The notes under the pieces: model-generated | Databases searched by the model: none | Told to the model about the DNA's origin: nothing | The model's input: the letters and a program-made list of their open reading frames with translations, nothing else | Program-made: the position numbers and the translations under genes | Shown here: one piece after another, positions 61,075-64,000 of the stretch | How positions within the stretch are numbered: position 1 is the first letter of the stretch | How the letters are laid out: each line of letters opens with the position of its first letter | NCBI RefSeq assembly: GCF_006345805.1 | Contig: NC_042999.1 | Coordinates: 149,544,001-149,608,000 of the forward strand | Length of the DNA stretch: 64,000 nucleotides | Source of the DNA: Octopus sinensis | Lineage: Eukaryota | Direction: 5' to 3'

Positions 61075-61607
61075 TGTCAACCAAATCTACTCACGGGGCA
61101 TTAGTCGGTTCAAAGCTATAGTATAAGATACTTGCCCAAGGTGCCACACAATGGGACTGAACCCGCAAACACGTGGTTGGGAAGCAAATATCTTACCACA
61201 CAGCCATTAATAATAATGATTAATGATTCTTTCTAATTTTGATGTGTATATATATATATATACAACCTGATGCTGGTGTGTTTACGTCCCTGTAACTTTA
61301 CGGTTCGGCAAAAGAGACCGTTAGAATAAGTGCTAGGCCTACAAAGAATAAGTCCTGGGGACGTAAACACACAAGCATCGGTTGTCAAGCGATATTGGGG
61401 GACAAACACAGACACACAAGCATATACACACACATACACATATACATACATATATACGACGGGCTTCTTTTCAATTTCCGTCTACCAAATCCGCTCATAA
61501 GGCTTTGGTCGGCCCGAGACTACTGTAGAAGACACTTGCCCAGGGTTCCACGCAGTGGGACTGAACCCGGAACCATGCAGTTCGTAAGCAAGCTACTTAC
61601 CGCACAG

Positions 61608-61638
<31 letters not shown>

Positions 61639-62783
61639 TCCTTTATCCCCACCCTTATTTCGGTTATCAGGCTTTAGCCATGCTTTACCACGAACATAAT
61701 AGCTTGTTTAGTTGATCACATCACACGTCTACTTATTCTTAGTATTTCTTGGTGAGTCGCTAAATTGCGGGACATAAACAAACTACACCGCCTTTTAAGC
61801 GGTGTTAGCATAAAGAATGACGGTGGTTTGCGTATTCGGGTGATTTTACGCTAAAGTTTAACAGGGTAAGAGGTAACTTCTTGCTCTTAAAGACCGGTCC
61901 GTTTTTTCCTTCCCAACCTTAGTCTCTTGGACCTTAACTGTATAGTTAGTTCTCAAATCTGATTTGTATCACTGCCCAAAACACACACAAGTTGTCGAGC
62001 TGGCAGAATCGTTAGAACACCGGCATTTCGTCTGTTTTTATGTTCTGAGTTCATATGTTGCCGCGGTTGACTACCGGTGTCGATAATATAAATAACAGCT
62101 GAGTACTGAGGTTGATGTAATCGACTAGCCCCATTACCTCAGAATCGCTGGTTCTGGGCCAAAAATTAGAAGGGATCATTAATCATTATCATTAACAGAC
62201 GAGGTGTAACTGTGTGGTAAGACGCTTGCTTTCCAACCACATGGTTGCGGGTTCAGTCCCACTGTGTGGCACCTTGGACAAGTGTCTTCTACTATAGCTT
62301 CGGGAAAACTATTACCCTATGAGTGGATTTGGTTGACAGGAAAATGAAGGGAGCGTGTCGTGTATGTTTGTGTGTGTGAACCGGTGTTAGTATGTATACG
62401 TCCCTGTAAGCTAGCGGTTCGGCAAAAGAAACCGATAGAATAAGTACCAGGCTTTAAAGATAATAAGTTTTGGCTTCGATTCGCTCGACTAAAATTCTTC
62501 AAGGCGGTGCCCCAGCATGAGCGCAGTCTACTGCCAGAAACAAGATGATAGACAATTTACATATTATACACATATATTACACTTTTATTTGTTTCAGTCA
62601 TTTGACTGCGGCCATGCTAGAACACTGCCTTTAGTCGAGCAAATCGACCCCAGGACTTAATCTCTGTAAGCCACGTACTTATTCTATCGGTCCCTTTTGC
62701 CGAACCGCTAAGTTACGGGGACGTAAACACACCAGCATCGGTTGTTAAGCGATGTTGGGGGGGGGACAAACACAGACACACAA

Positions 62784-62876
<93 letters not shown>

Positions 62877-63540
62877 TACGACGAGCTTCTTTCAGTTTCC
62901 GTCTACCAAATCCACTCACAAAGCTTTGGTCGGCCTGAGGCGATAGTAGAAGATACTTGCCCAAGGTGACACGCAGTGGGACTGAACCCGGAACCATGTG
63001 GTTGGTAAGCAAGCTACTTCATAAATGTATAAAACAAAAATCGTCTTTTATCCATGTATCTACGTATATACATATATATACACGTACGCGTTGTGTTGAA
63101 TGCGTGTATGGATAAAGTATTAATATTTATATTTTCATTTTCTCTCTCTCTCTCTCTTACTACACACACACATACATACATACACACACATATGTATATA
63201 TATACACACATAGCCAAAATATTATGACTGACTGTTATACGAGTGCATCGTGTCCCTGCTTTATGGTCTCTGAGACGACTCACGTATACACACACACACA
63301 CATACACACACATATATATATATATCCCTTCATTCTTTTACATGTTTCAGTCATTAGACTATGCCATGCTGGAGCACTGCCTTGAAGAGTATTAGTCGAA
63401 GAAATTGACCCGAGGACTTATTCTTTGTAAGTCTAGCACTTACTCTATCGATGGAATTTGTCGAACTGCAATATCACAGGGACATAAACACACCAGCATC
63501 GGTTGTCAAGCGATGGTGGAGGGGACAAACATGAACACAA
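61075..63540. mobile_element. SINE cluster: family A at about 61075-61205(-), 61260-61350(+), 61360-61610(-), 62205-62540(+), 62585-63020(-), 63330-63540(-); family B at about 61995-62180(+)
   Basis: Each matches the multi-copy consensus seen elsewhere in the window. Confidence 0.85.
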
Positions 63541-64000
63541 AGATACACACACTGAACCCGAAAGCATATGCTTGGGAACATAAATATATACACACACATA
63601 TGTGTACATGCATATCCATCCATCTATAATGTATATGTGTGTGTATATGCATGTGTGTGTGTTATGTATGCGCGCGCGCGCACTCATAGTGATACATTTC
63701 ATAAGATTGTTCGTATAAAACTTTTTCTCCAATACATCGACACAGACTGAGGAAAAGATTAAATATTATTTTCTTTGTCACGAGAAATTCATAACTGAAT
63801 CAGCGGAAGACATGATTCTTTATCAGTGTGTGCGTGTAGATAAGGCGATAGATTAGTGTAGTGCCACAGAGTGTATGAGTGTGTATCTGCATGTCTGTGC
63901 CTATCTATATATACCTGTGTATGTATGTATGTATGTGTGTGTGTGTGTGTGAGGGCATATGAAAGAAATCAGTGCAATTACACAAGTGAAAGCAGCAGTT

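Overview
AT-rich, microsatellite-dense animal genomic DNA. The repeat repertoire and microsatellite style resemble Octopus (coleoid cephalopod); this is inferred, not proven. No intact, recognisable protein-coding gene, rRNA, tRNA or CRISPR array is present, and the long ORFs in the track are translated microsatellites or decayed retrotransposon pieces. The window is a mosaic of degraded non-LTR retrotransposons (CR1-group, RTE, R4/Dong), two Penelope-like elements (PLEs) of different clades meeting tail-to-tail at a (TA)n tract, three tRNA-derived SINE families (about 35 copies, called A, B and C here), Helitron-like short elements and MITEs, with a 100-N gap at 41956-42055. Most notable hidden structure: (1) a complete type I hammerhead ribozyme fold in the 3' end of a Naiad-like PLE (45518-45606, minus); (2) a short TA-flanked repeat carrying a variant minimal hammerhead core (57484-57519; decayed copy 13595-13630); (3) a 3' tail and stem-loop shared between the CR1-group LINE and SINE family A; (4) a near-perfect 476-bp palindrome (57676-58151); (5) R4/Dong fragments tied to (TAA)n tracts; (6) a sharp change in CpG content near 25.3 kb, with several low-confidence candidate exons. 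All coordinates and counts were read by eye.
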